From: a virus
Taxonomy: Duplodnaviria; Caudoviricetes
DNA: 25,418 nucleotides
IMG/VR virus record: IMGVR_UViG_3300017978_000066
Coordinates: 1 to 25,418 of that record
Direction: 5' to 3' (one strand)
The stretch's first letter is position 1, and the number at the start of each line of letters is the position of its first letter. Below, in pieces: positions 25,173-25,418 of the stretch. The notes beneath the pieces are model-generated. The model worked only from the letters and a program-made list of their open reading frames with translations. It did no database searches and was not told where the DNA came from. The position numbers and the translations under genes were made by a program.

Positions 25173-25418
25173 ATGGACAATTTGCACCACAAACCTATTA
25201 AGAGGTTTCATTTGGATGGCAACATTCATGATGATTCAGCTATCGCACGTCTTAGGTTTGAGTATCAACAATTATTGGTAACTGAAATGAAATTGTCTGG
25301 GTACGTGCCAAGGATTGACATAAACCCAGACTTTACGCTAAACTATAACAAAGATAAACAATATTTTGAATTTGAATTAAGTATTTATGGAGTATACGTA
25401 GGAAAGAAAAAGAGCGAA
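25173..25418 (+). CDS. Hypothetical phage protein, truncated by the window end (not in the ORF track)
   Basis: Open for 82 codons to the edge: MDNLHHKPIKRFHLDGNIHDDSAIARLRFEYQQLLVTEMKLSGYVPRIDINPDFTLNY... Confidence 0.8.
   Translation, partial: MDNLHHKPIKRFHLDGNIHDDSAIARLRFEYQQLLVTEMKLSGYVPRIDINPDFTLNYNKDKQYFEFELSIYGVYVGKKKSE

Noticed and set aside
102-25229. The many 60-137 aa minus-strand ORFs and short alternate-frame plus-strand ORFs in the track
   Set aside because: All overlap long, coherent plus-strand genes, lack recognisable motifs, and have compositions expected of antisense or frame shadows.
1-25418. tRNA, rRNA, CRISPR array, lysis genes or stop-codon reassignment
   Set aside because: None seen. 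Intergenic gaps are under 80 nt and genes are intact in the standard code, ending at TAA or TAG.

Overview
This window is part of a tailed dsDNA phage genome (siphovirus-type, long non-contractile tail), with every credible gene on the + strand. The order is: a post-capsid acidic protein, head-tail joining genes, tail terminator, major tail protein, two paralogous tail-assembly chaperones, a 3419-aa tape measure protein (TMP), tail-tip and minor tail genes, then a MerR-like HTH gene, two small genes, a DnaB-like helicase and a truncated ORF. Leaderless promoter geometry and gene order suggest an actinobacterial host (inference). Four observations stand out. (1) The TMP carries a 775-aa cassette between two 49-aa repeats, holding a DUF3626-like (possibly ADP-ribosyltransferase-fold) domain and a possible His-metal nuclease-like domain, which could be injected effector cargo. 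(2) The core of the same repeat recurs at the TMP C-terminus and at the N-terminus of the separate gene at 77..640. (3) The tail chaperones G and GT appear to be two separately promoted paralogs rather than frameshift products. (4) Two near-consensus sigma70-type promoters lie inside the HTH gene. All family assignments come from motif recognition and synteny by eye; no database search was run.
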